Assembly: GCA_963693365.1 (NCBI GenBank)
Contig: CAVNZM010000011.1
Coordinates: forward strand, 7,925,937-7,989,936
Origin: Amoebidium appalachense
Lineage: Eukaryota > Protista > Ichthyosporea
Direction of reading: 5' to 3'
DNA: 64,000 nucleotides
Shown here piece after piece: positions 1-10,703 of this stretch (position 1 is its first letter; each line of letters opens with the position of its first letter). The position numbers and the translations under genes were made by a program. Below the pieces are notes generated by a model. That model ran no database searches, had not been told where the DNA came from, and saw only the letters and a program-made list of their open reading frames with translations.

Positions 1-34
1 GCTGGGGCTGGTAAAGACGACGGTAGCATAAGAA
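1..34 (+). repeat. End of a YR-retroelement terminal (B-type) repeat, inverted relative to the copy at 1103-1200
   Basis: 1-34 is the near-exact reverse complement of 1104-1137 (TTCTTATGCCAACGTCGTCTTTACCAGCCCCAGC). Confidence 0.75.
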
Positions 35-1102
35 GGGGCTGATCCCAACCCCCAGCTGCTCCACAAAACTGTAGACGGCACTCAGGACCGACAAAAGTGG
101 CCGCTGCAGCAGTGCCGCCCACACCCAACCACAAAGCAACTGCTGCAAACGGAGCTGTGTGACGACACCACGACCCCACACGGCCTGGGTTTCCGCCACC
201 AGTCGGCACAAGCAAGCACCAGACGGGCGCAATATCCCAGAGCGATGCATTTCCAAGCCTAGCAGCACCTTAGAGGACGACGAACAAGCAGCCACATTCT
301 ACTTGATGTTGGAGGGAAGACCAGCCGGGCCGGTGATGCCATGATACGATTAACGCTGACGATTGATGGCGGTGGCATCTCTGCCGACCCAGCCACAGTC
401 GTCCACATACAGGGCATGCTGCGTGGCCTCCACAGGCCGCGGCATTAGCGCACAGAGGCGCTCAATGCGGGGCATGCCGGCTTGGTCAGCCAACTGCCCA
501 TGGACGTCTTGAGCCACAAGCACAGAATGCACCCAGCCCATGGGCACGGTCTTGACGGCCGGGTACACAAGCCGGTCGGGCCCAGAAAGGCAAACAACCT
601 CCGAAGACACAGGCGGCAATCCGAACTACTGCCACAGCCACTCGGGGGCAAGAATACGATGGAACTGGCTGTCCATGTCCGACTTGCCAAAACAGAGGCA
701 ATCCTCAGGTCCCAGCAACAGATCGGCAAAATCGGCAGGGTTGGGCAGGTGCACCTTGAGGGCAGGATGATCACGGGCAAAGAACAGGTTGCCACGGCGG
801 CCGTCAAAAATGACGCGGGCTCTGGTGTCTTTGGGGACCCCAAACAGCCTATTGATGGCTAGTGGTGTTTCCTCCGCCTCGAAATAGTGCACCATGCCGC
901 AGTCTTGAAGCCGAAGAAGCAGGGGACCGTATTCCCCACTGGGAACGTGATGCGCCGGTCGGATGCGGCGCAGCTCTGCATGCGTCGGCGGAACAGGCTT
1001 GAGAAGGCCGCCGTCGGGGTTGGCCAAAAACGGCTGCAGTGTAGGAGACAAAAACTGCAACACATCCACTGTGGCTCCAACCCCAGGGGATGGCAAAGCG
1101 GC
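35..1102 (-). pseudogene. Reverse transcriptase fragment of a DIRS/Ngaro-like (tyrosine recombinase) retrotransposon
   Basis: ORFs 626-1096 and 350-619 join in one frame across a stop: LFGVPK..ARVIFDGR, KSDMDSQFHRI, VPMGWVHS, LYVDD. The reading continues toward the window start as LQQLLCGWVWAALLQRPLLSVLSAVYSF. In-frame stops at ~626 and ~350. Confidence 0.85.
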
Positions 1103-1740
1103 ATTCTTATGCCAACGTCGTCTTTACCAGCCCCAGCAAGGGGATACATGAGCCGTTGCCTGTGTATCAATCTCATAAGCAGGCACAGGTGTGCTCCACA
1201 GGAGCAATGAAAAGAATGACAAATGTCATACAGAAACATGCTCAAAAAACGTAGCCTAGTGCCTAAATAGGCAAAGGGTGTGGTGGGTGGGCAAAAACTT
1301 AGCTAAAAAATTGGGCCTAAAGAGACCTAAACGCGCTCAGTAGCGCCGCAACTGACCTCCCTGGGGCCGCGCAAGCTCATTATATAGCGCGGCCCACATT
1401 TTTGCCTATGGAAATATGAAGAAATGACTTAGAACCTATCAAATCCATTAAGGTGGAGTGGGGGGTCCAATCTGTGCCCCCGCCAAATCGATCACAGACC
1501 CCCCTGGACCAAGGAAAAGCGCACAGCTCGCACCTGCGGCTGAAATTTCCGTTCGCAAGGAAACTACGGCACCTCGACAGCGGCCGTGCGGTCCAGACTA
1601 TCGCCCTCGAAAAAAAAAAACTCAATTATAAACCCCCCCCTATATTCCTAAGCCAGCCGAGCTCCCCATACTTCATCTCTCCTGTGTGGGGACTTGGTCT
1701 TCTCGCCCATAAGTAAAACTGGTTTTTCAAAAAAATGATT
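1103..1740 (-). mobile_element. Terminal repeats (B plus adjacent A) of a Ngaro-like element abutting the RT fragment
   Basis: 1103-1200 is closely similar to 20706-20802, which directly follows a tyrosine recombinase ORF. 1165-1330 has a diverged inverted copy at ~31095-31250. Right boundary approximate. Confidence 0.65.
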
Positions 1741-4189
1741 ATGTAGCATGCAAGATCAATGTTTTTGGTATTAGACGATCTTATACCAAAAAAATATTTA
1801 AGCTTATTTTTTGTGGTTTAAGGGGTGGTACCCTGGCTTCCGCTTGCAGTAATTACTATCTGTCTTCATTACATAGCCGCTAAACTGGTGTCAAGTCTCT
1901 TACCGAGCGGGTATAGAGGGACCCGAAAAGAGCAACTATGGTGATCTGTTCCTCCAGTCGTATGGCGCGATCTGAATGAGTAGCGTGGTTAGCTTCAAAT
2001 TTGGCGGGAAAACTAAATCCGGCTTGACCAATAGAACAATCTAAAGTGTTGTTGGTGCGGCGATCAGAACTTGATAGAATTCACTTTTCATTGGCTCCAT
2101 TATTTATCCACAGCATAAAACGTGATCGAATATGCATATATGAAAGATTTACAATTTATTTGCGGACAACCAAAGACTACGAATAATAAAAATATTATAA
2201 AGCTTCTGTAAAAAATATTTATTTATTCCTTAGTTTTTTGATCATTTTTATGCTGGTTTCAGTATACACGTTCAGCGACAATTAACCTCTGCCGGCAGAT
2301 CAGTATGCGCTATCTTGTATTTGATGTAAATCATACATGTAAATAACCTGTAAACAACAGCTATTTGGACATTGTTCATAGAGGGTATCGTGTTCAACAA
2401 GTGCACACGCAGTTCAGCGCCAGAAGATGTAGAGTTATCAGTTGTGAGAAGCATAAAAAGCTCTATTTCGTGCAATTTTTCTGTAAGAAAATTGATATAT
2501 TGTGTGATAATGACATTCAATTAGTCACGCAGTTCCTGGTGGAAAGGCTCGTCGCAAAAAGACGTAAAAACCGGCTCAGCCCTACAGGTGTTGCCACCCT
2601 CTCAACAAAATGCCCATGCTCTATACCAGGGATGTTCTGTGCTTGTGTTTTCCGGGTGACTGATAGCGTGAAAAAGTGTGCGTGGGTGCTTTATGACAAT
2701 CACGACCCCTATATAGGGGGTCCTACCTGGGTTGTTTTGCAGACTTTTGGCTTTTTTCTTTCTTTGTGTGCATATTTTCGTATACCCTTCATGAGCTTTC
2801 GGAAGATAAATGCGCAGCACACGCGCCTGGAGGTCCCATTTCTTTGTTCTGCTGCACCATGGGCGAAAGGGGATTTATCCACCCGTCTGTTCGCGACCTA
2901 CTTATTCTTTTCGACACGGACACGGATATTTGCTCCTTTTGTGAGGGCATTCCTCGGGAGCCATGTGTGACTTTTGCCCAAGAGTTCCAGGTGTGTACAC
3001 GTTCATGCTCGTATTATATGGATGGTGTGCCTTTTTATGGGTTTGTGCTGTTGCAGTTTGGCAGGGGGAACTCTTCAAGGGAAAAGGATGTGTTGTGGTG
3101 GTGGTTGTTGGACACACACTCCGCGCTGCCGATGGTGTCCATCGACTTTGAGCTCTTACCCGCGTGGTTTCTGAGGGGGCCATCTTTGAACTTGTCAACG
3201 ACATAGAGCACATACCACAGCCCACCAACATTTACAAGTGCGGCAACAGCATCAGCAATCTTGTTGCGGCATCCAAAAGCTGTCGTAAACTACCCGACGA
3301 CATCGGAAACCCCTCAACACCTCCAAAACTAACCCCAAATACATATCATTGCTCCCCGACGTCCAATGGATGTGTCGTAATATGCTCGATCCGATACCCG
3401 ATGCACCAATGGATGTACATAGAACCCCGCGAGTGCATATCCAATGGGTGTGCAATGTAGCCATCTAACCGACGTGCAATGGACGTGCAATAGATCCAAC
3501 ATACGACGTCCAGTCGGTGGGTATATGACGGCGGCCAGGGGGCATTCAGACAGTCGTAACACCGTCTACGGGAGGATCAGAACGCCACCCTGTGGACGAT
3601 CTTATGCATGTCTATGGTTTGATGTAAAGCCATATAACGGAGCACTGTAAACGCATCGAATGTATGGTATTAATACCCTCTTGATCAAATACGTATGACT
3701 ATCACATGTATGTCTATCGTTTGTTGTAAAGCAATGCAATGGAGCACTGCAAAACCATCCAGTTGATTATAAAAATAGAGCGAAATCCAATCGTTCAGAC
3801 GCCCTTTCCGACATCCGAAACACAACCAGTGGATATACCATGGGTGGGTTTGTGCTAACCCATGACCTATCATAAGATGTGATTTGCATCCTACTACAGA
3901 TTACATTACGATGTTGTAAACAGATGCATAGGAGGACATTACGACATATAATGTAGATGACGCATATTAATACATTTGACGTCGTAACGTACACTTGCAT
4001 ATGTTGTAAGGGTGTGCTATGCACATGCACAATGTGCTTTTTGGTGCGTCATAAACCCATCCTTACATGCATAATGGCATGTTCAATGTATGATAATGAT
4101 ATCATACATCATACGTCATAAAATCACTGTAAGGACACATACAATATGACATCAGACGGTAAGAAGAGCGCATAAAGATGTTTCTTTGC

Positions 4190-4384
4190 GTCTCGCTCCA
4201 CAGGAGCAGAGACGGATACCATATGTACTTTTTTGTCTCGCTCCACTGGAGCAGAGACCACGCCTGACAGTTTGTTTTTTCTCACAACTTGTTACAAATT
4301 TTTAAGTCTCGTTCCACAGGAGCGAGACTGCAATACAACAAATTTCTATGTCTCGACTCCGGAGTCTGCTCCAGACTGCACTAG
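4190..4384. repeat. Cluster of short palindromic repeats GTCTCGCTCCAC(A/T)GGAGCAGAGAC
   Basis: Copies at 4190-4213, 4235-4258 and 4306-4328, with a degenerate one at ~4350-4376. Confidence 0.8.
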
Positions 4385-4778
4385 ACACCAAAACATATCA
4401 AAAAAAGAAAAAAAAAAGAGGGTGGTGGGGGGGGGGGGGGGGGGGGGGGCTTCTATCATCCCACTAGTCCTCATCCTCATCCTCCCCACCCTCATCTCCT
4501 TCCTCCCCCCCAGCCGGGAGGGGGGGGGGGGGGAAGGAGTATAAAAGAGCAGCAACGAACATAAACAAAACTCAAAACAAGCAAACTATTATGCGGGTTT
4601 CTAAGAAGCTCCCAACATCATTAAACTAAACACATGCTAATCCCTTGACAGAAGAGTAACAAGGTGTGTGTGTATGTGTATGAGGCCCAAAAAAAAAAAA
4701 AAGGACGCCCAACATGACAATATAAGGGGGGCACTCTTACACCAAACCATACCATACCAAATGCCGGCAGAGTAATTA

Positions 4779-5022
4779 ACAGGACAAAAAGCCGGTACCC
4801 ACCTATGGGTGCTAAACATGCACATGATCATTCATGTGCTATAAGAGCAACACAGAAACGAAACACGGAAACAACAGCAGCCAAAGGACAAAGAGCCCCA
4901 GACCCACAGGGTCTTGCCTCCATACTTTATTTACCTTAACAGGACAAAGAGCCGGTACCCACCTATGAAACGAAAAACGGAAACAACAGCAGCCATAGGA
5001 CAAAGAGCCGGTACCCACCTCT
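4779..5022. repeat. Dispersed short direct repeats (GGACAAA(A/G)AGCCGGTACCCACCT x3; ACGGAAACAACAGCAGCC x2)
   Basis: Seen at ~4781, ~4942 and ~4998; second motif at ~4865 and ~4976. Confidence 0.7.
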
Positions 5023-6043
5023 AGATGATAACGTAGCCTTATAGCTGCTGATGACTTCATGGGCCAACCTTGCCAAAACCTGTAAAGGAACTCGAGCTAA
5101 GAATTAGCTCATCCTACTTGCGAGAAGTGGGGGGAGAGGGGGGGGGGGGGGGGGGGGGGGGGGGACTGAGGGGGCTGACTGAGAGTGGCAAAAAAAGAGT
5201 CGACAGAACCAACCTCAAACATAGTAAGGACGGAAACCCGGACCAGAACTTATGAAGTCTAGAGAAGCAGAAAATAGCTTGAACGATCGGTGGAGGGGAT
5301 GATAGCTATAGTGCTAACAGCAAAAGTAGTGCCCACAGTCGCTGGTTCATGAACGTGAAAGGCAACGTGCATCTGCAGCCAGCAGACACACGCACACGCA
5401 CGCACACACACACACATACACACACACACACACAGACACAGACACAGACATAATCACAGGACGGACACAGACCAGACAGACAAACGCCATATGCACAAAA
5501 GCAGGCAACACAAAACTAACGTTCAAGAAGAAGCTGCAGCATGCAGCATGGTCCAAAACAATCAGCACGGTGGCTGCGCGATCTGCGGAGGGGATCTGTA
5601 ACCAGGCGCTGCGGGAAGGGCACTGCGACCAGGCGACCTGCGGGAAGGGACCTGCGACCAGGCGACCTGCGGGAAAGGACCTGCGGACCTGCGGGAAGGG
5701 GGAAGAGAAATGGAGAAAACAACGTGCGTACAGGCTTAAATGGAGAAAAAATTGCAAACCGGATTGGGATTTAGCCAATCACTATTCGCCGCGCCTGATT
5801 AGGAAAAAGATAAAAATAGATTTCGGCTCGCGCGCGCGCGTGCATCAGCTTGGTGCCCTTAGCGCTACCCTTAGTGCCCTTAGTCACAACTATCAGACTA
5901 TAGTTACGTGTCCTCCACTTCTTTGTTCTTGACCATTTTTTCGGCATGAAAGGGTTTCTGTTACTTCTTGCTGTCCTTCTTAGCGTGCTTGCTTGTCTTT
6001 TTTTCAACATGGGTGTCACTGGCGCTTTCGACTTCTTTGAAAT

Positions 6044-6086
<43 letters not shown>

Positions 6087-6619
6087 GCGCGCGCGCACGC
6101 ACACACACTCACACATGCACACTGCACACACACACACACACACACACACAGGCGCGCACACACAGGCACGCACACACACAGGCGCACACCTACACAACAC
6201 ACACAGCACATGCACACACAAGCGCACACACGCACACACCCTGTTATCCCTGATCATGATGCCCCCTCCCCCCCTCCCTCTTCCCCCCCGCGCACCCCCC
6301 CCCCCCCCCCCCCCCACCCACCCCACCCACCCACCTACAAAGACGAAAACATTGTGCATGTATTGCATACACAAATATACTCGCACATATACATACACAC
6401 ATTCACTTTAATCTTTCAGGCTACTTGTGCAATATACATTAATTATGCACAGTCGATAGAATTCGTTGTGAAACCCCCCCCCCCCCCCCCCCCCTCCCCC
6501 CTCCTCGTTCCCCCCATATGCAATGGGGATAATATTGTTTCCCGCTATTAATTAAAAAATCACCGTTCTAACTTCCTAAGACCGAACCACTTGTAACACC
6601 GACAGTTTCGGTTGTGTGG

Positions 6620-6657
<38 letters not shown>

Positions 6658-6767
6658 CCCACCCACCACCTTACCAATATTGAGGTGTACACTGCCCCCA
6701 CATCCCCAACTGTGTGCTGAATATCCCGTGCTAGGAAACCAATAACGTGAAAGTAACACATGCCGCA

Positions 6768-9737
6768 TGTGGGTAGTTACTGAAAAAACCAATAATGTCT
6801 AGGTAACATACTATGTACATATACTATGCTACAAAGCGGGTTCTATACGAGCTACAACGTTGTGTTTTTTTCGTGTGACCCTCGTACTCCAGGGGCACAT
6901 TCACCATCCCCCCCATAAACTTTGTGGTAAAGTTCTCGTGCTAGAAGCTGTTCTGTGGGTAGTTATTAAAAAACGAATAATGTCTAGGTAACACATGTAC
7001 ATATGCTATGCTACAAGGGGGGTTCTATTCGAGCTACAATGTTGTGTTTTTTTTGTGTGACCCTCGTACTCCAGGGGCACATTCACCATCCCCCCCATAA
7101 ACTTTGTGGTAAATGTCTCGTGCTAGAAGCTGTTCTGTGGGTAGTTATTGAAAAAACCAATAATGTCTAGGTAACACATGGACATATACTATGCTACAAG
7201 GGGGGTCTATTCGAGCTACAACATTGTGTTTTTTTCGTGTGACCCTCGTACTCCAGGGGCACATTCACCATCCCCCCCATAAACTTTGTGGTAAATTTCT
7301 CGTGCTAGAAGCTGTTCTGTGGGTAGTTATTGAAAAAACCAATAATGTCTAGGTAACATACTATGTACATATACTATGCTACAAGGGGGGTTCTATACGA
7401 GCTACAACGTTGTGTTTTTTTCGTGTGACCCTCGTACTCCAGGGGCACATTCACCATCCCCCCCATAAACGTTGTGGTAAATTTCTCGTGCTAGAAGCTG
7501 TTCTGTGGGTAGTTATTGAAAAAACCAATAATGTCTAGGTAACATACTATGTACATATACTATGCTACAAGGGGGGTTCTATACGAGCTACAACGTTGTG
7601 TTTTTTTCGTGTGACCCTCGTACTCCAGGGGCACATTCACCATCCCCCCCATAAACGTTGTGATAAATCTCTCGTGCTAGAGGCTGTTCTGTGGGTAGTT
7701 ATTGAAAAACCAATAATGTCTAGGTAACATATGTACATATACTATGCTACAAGGGGGGTTCTATACGAGCTACAACGTTGTGTTTTTTTCGTGTGACCCT
7801 CGTACTCCAGGGGCACATTCACCATCCCCCCATAAACTTTGTGGTAAATTTCTCGTGCTAGAAGATGTTCTGTGGGTAGTTATTGAAAAAACCAATAATG
7901 TCTAGGTAACACATGTACATATACTATGCTACAAGGGGGGTTCTATACGAGCTACAACGTTGTGTTTTTTTCGTGTGACCCTTGTACTCCAGGGGCACAT
8001 TCACCATCCCCCCCATAAACGTTGTGGTAAATGTCTCGTGCTAGAAGCTGTTCTGTGGGTAGTTATTGAAAAAACCAATAATGTCTAGGTAACACATGGA
8101 CATATACTATGCTACAAGGGGGGTCTATTCGAGCTACAACATTGTGTTTTTTTCGTGTGACCCTCGTACTCCAGGGGCACATTCACCATCCCCCCCATAA
8201 ACGTTGTGGTAAAGGTCTCGTGCTAGAAGCTGTTCTGTGGGTAGTTATTGAAAAAACCAATAATGTCTAGGTAACATACTATGTACATATACTATGCTAC
8301 AAGGGGGGTTCTATACGAGCTACAACGTTGTGTTTTTTTCGTGTGACCCTCGTACTCCAGGGGCGCATTCACCATCCCCCCCATAAACGTTGTGGTAAAG
8401 TTCTCGTGCTAGAAGCTGTTCTGTGGGTAGTTAATGAAAAAACGAATAATGTCTAGGTAACACATGTACTTATACTATGCTACAAGGGGGGTCTATTCGA
8501 GCTACAACATTGTGTTTTTTTCGTGTGACCCTCGTACTCCAGGGGCACATTCACCATCCACCCCATAAACTTTGTGGTAAATCTCTCGTGCTAGAGGCTG
8601 TTCTGTGGGTAGTTATTGAAAAACCAATAATGTCTAGGTAACATATGTACATATACTATGCTACAAGGGGGGTTCTATACGAGCTACAACGTTGTGTTTT
8701 TTTCGTGTGACCCTCGTACTCCAGGGGCACATTCACCATCCCCCCCATAAACGTTGTGGTAAAGGTCTCGTGCTAGAAGCTGTTCTGTGGGTAGTTATTG
8801 AAAAAACCAATAATGTCTAGGTAACACATGTACATATACTATGCTACAAGGGGGGTTCTATTCGAGCTACAATGTTGTGTTTTTTTCGTGTGACCCTCGT
8901 ACTCCAGAGGCACATTCACCATCCCCCCCATAAACGTTGTGATAAATCTCTCGTGCTAGAGGCTGTTCTGTGGGTAGTTATTGAAAGACCAATAATGTCT
9001 AGGTAACATATGTACATGTACTATGCTACAAGGGGGGTTCTATACGAGCTACAACGTTGTGTTTTTTTCGTGTGACCCTCGTACTCCAGGGGCACATTCA
9101 CCAGCCCCCCCACAAACTGTGTGGTAAATTTCTCGTGCTAGAGGCTGTTCTGTGGGTAGTTATTGAAAAAACCAAAAATGTGTAAGAAACATATGTACAT
9201 GTACTATACTACAAGGGGGGTTCTATACGAGCTACAACGTTGTGTTTTCTTCGTGTGACCCTCGTACTGCAGGGGCACATTCACCATCCCCGGCATAAAC
9301 GTTTTGGTAAATAAAACGCAGTAGGCCGTCGAATGTGGCGGGGCCTCCGGCAGTGTCCACGCATTAAAAAGTGTGTAAACCCCTAACACAATGTACATAA
9401 TACTATGCTACACGGGGGGTTCTATTCGAGCTACAAGGTTGTGTTTTTTTCGTGTGACCCTCGTACTCCAGGGGCACATTTACCATCCCCCCCATAAACT
9501 TTGTGGTAAATGTCTCGTGCTAGAGGCTGTTCTGTGGGTAGTTATTGAAAAACCAATAATGTCTAGGTAACATATGTACATATACTATGCTACAAGGTGG
9601 GTTCTATACGAGCTACAACGTTGTGTTTTTTTCGTGTGACCCTCGTACTCCAGGGGCACATTCACCATCCCCCCTTATAATTTGTGGTGAATTTCTCGTG
9701 GTAGAAGCTACTCTGTGGGTAGTTATTGAAAAAACCC
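6768..9737. repeat. Tandem array of ~16 units of ~183 bp (182-186)
   Basis: AATAATGTCTAGGTAAC recurs at ~6791, 6976, 7159, 7341 ... 8626, 8809, 8991 and 9555. Units are highly similar; one unit near 9300-9395 carries unique sequence. Confidence 0.97.
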
Positions 9738-9820
9738 GATGCTTATAAGTAACGCATGCACAATTTGTCATCATAGCATTATACTACCACAGTAGTTGGT
9801 CGACAATCGAGTGATACAGC

Positions 9821-9890
9821 ATGGTGACAGGATACGAATTCACCGAGGACTCACTCAACGAGATGAACGAGCGTTACAGAACGTACCTGT

Positions 9891-9930
<40 letters not shown>

Positions 9931-10652
9931 GCCCCCCTGTCTTCACTCCTTCCCCACTACGACCCCCCCCCCCCCCCCCCCCCCTCCCCCCCCTCCCTGC
10001 ACGTGTCTAGGTGTATAGATCCTACAGGTAATGATGGCAGAACTTTCGCCATTTGGTAATGGACTCCGTGCCGCTCTAGTGCATTATATTGTAAAGTAAT
10101 ATCACCAACAAAAAACGCAGGTTCGGCAAAGCTGCGTACGAGTGCTTCAAGGACTCCACCAAAAACGAACTCAAAACATCGAAATTCCATGCTGGTGTGC
10201 ATTATTCTGACGACTATCGCCTCTTTGGCCCGGTGGAGTCAGCTGAGAGCTGGGAGCGTGCACACAAATACTACTGCAAGATGCCGTATCGTATGACCGA
10301 CAAGAACTCTGCATTGAATATTTTGCAGTTGAGTACTAGTACTCCAAAATATGGTGAAGAACTTGATGCATCCGAAATGTACTCTGATCGGAGAACTTAG
10401 CGGCCATAAGTACTCTGACCGCAGTACTTTAGGAATGCTTGTTTCGGAAGGATACCGCGAGCTATTGGGGCCCAGGAGCCCGCTTTTTTTTGTACAGCCA
10501 GTAAGAAAACATAAGTTTACACCTTTTTTGTCTTTGGTACGGTAACTAACAAGGCCTTCCCTAGCTTTTATTGGTTGCCGACGCTGTTGCAAGTTTTTGA
10601 ATTCATGCTCGACAACAACATGATTCATGATCAAACGGACGAAACTTGCTGA
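9821..10652 (+). CDS. Spliced ORF of unknown function just upstream of the transposase (possible transposon cargo)
   Basis: GT-AG introns 9883-10010 and 10056-10120 join three exons in phase: VTGYEFTEDSLNEMNERYRT/CIDPTGNDGRTFAIW/FGKAAYECFKDSTKNELKTSKFHAGVHYSDDYRLFGPVESAESWERAHKYYCKMPY. Further exon-like blocks at ~10401-10500 and ~10565-10652 (FYWLPTLLQVFEFMLDNNMIHDQTDETC*). True start uncertain. Confidence 0.6.
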
Positions 10653-10703
10653 GTCCGCGAACACAACAAGCCATGGGTTTCATGTGAAAGATGAGCGCCC
10701 AAC

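Noticed and set aside
1818-1840. TTAA|GGGGTGGTA as the other end of the Kolobok-like element starting at 20360
   Set aside because: The TIR match is short and imperfect, and the joined flanks do not match the homologous copy at ~24090-24130.
5946-6551. Secreted protein (signal-peptide-like start)
   Set aside because: The remainder is translated (CA)n and poly-C; the opposite strand gives an equally plausible Lys-rich reading.
6768-9737. CRISPR-like array
   Set aside because: Units are homogeneous over their whole length, with no repeat/unique-spacer alternation and no cas genes.
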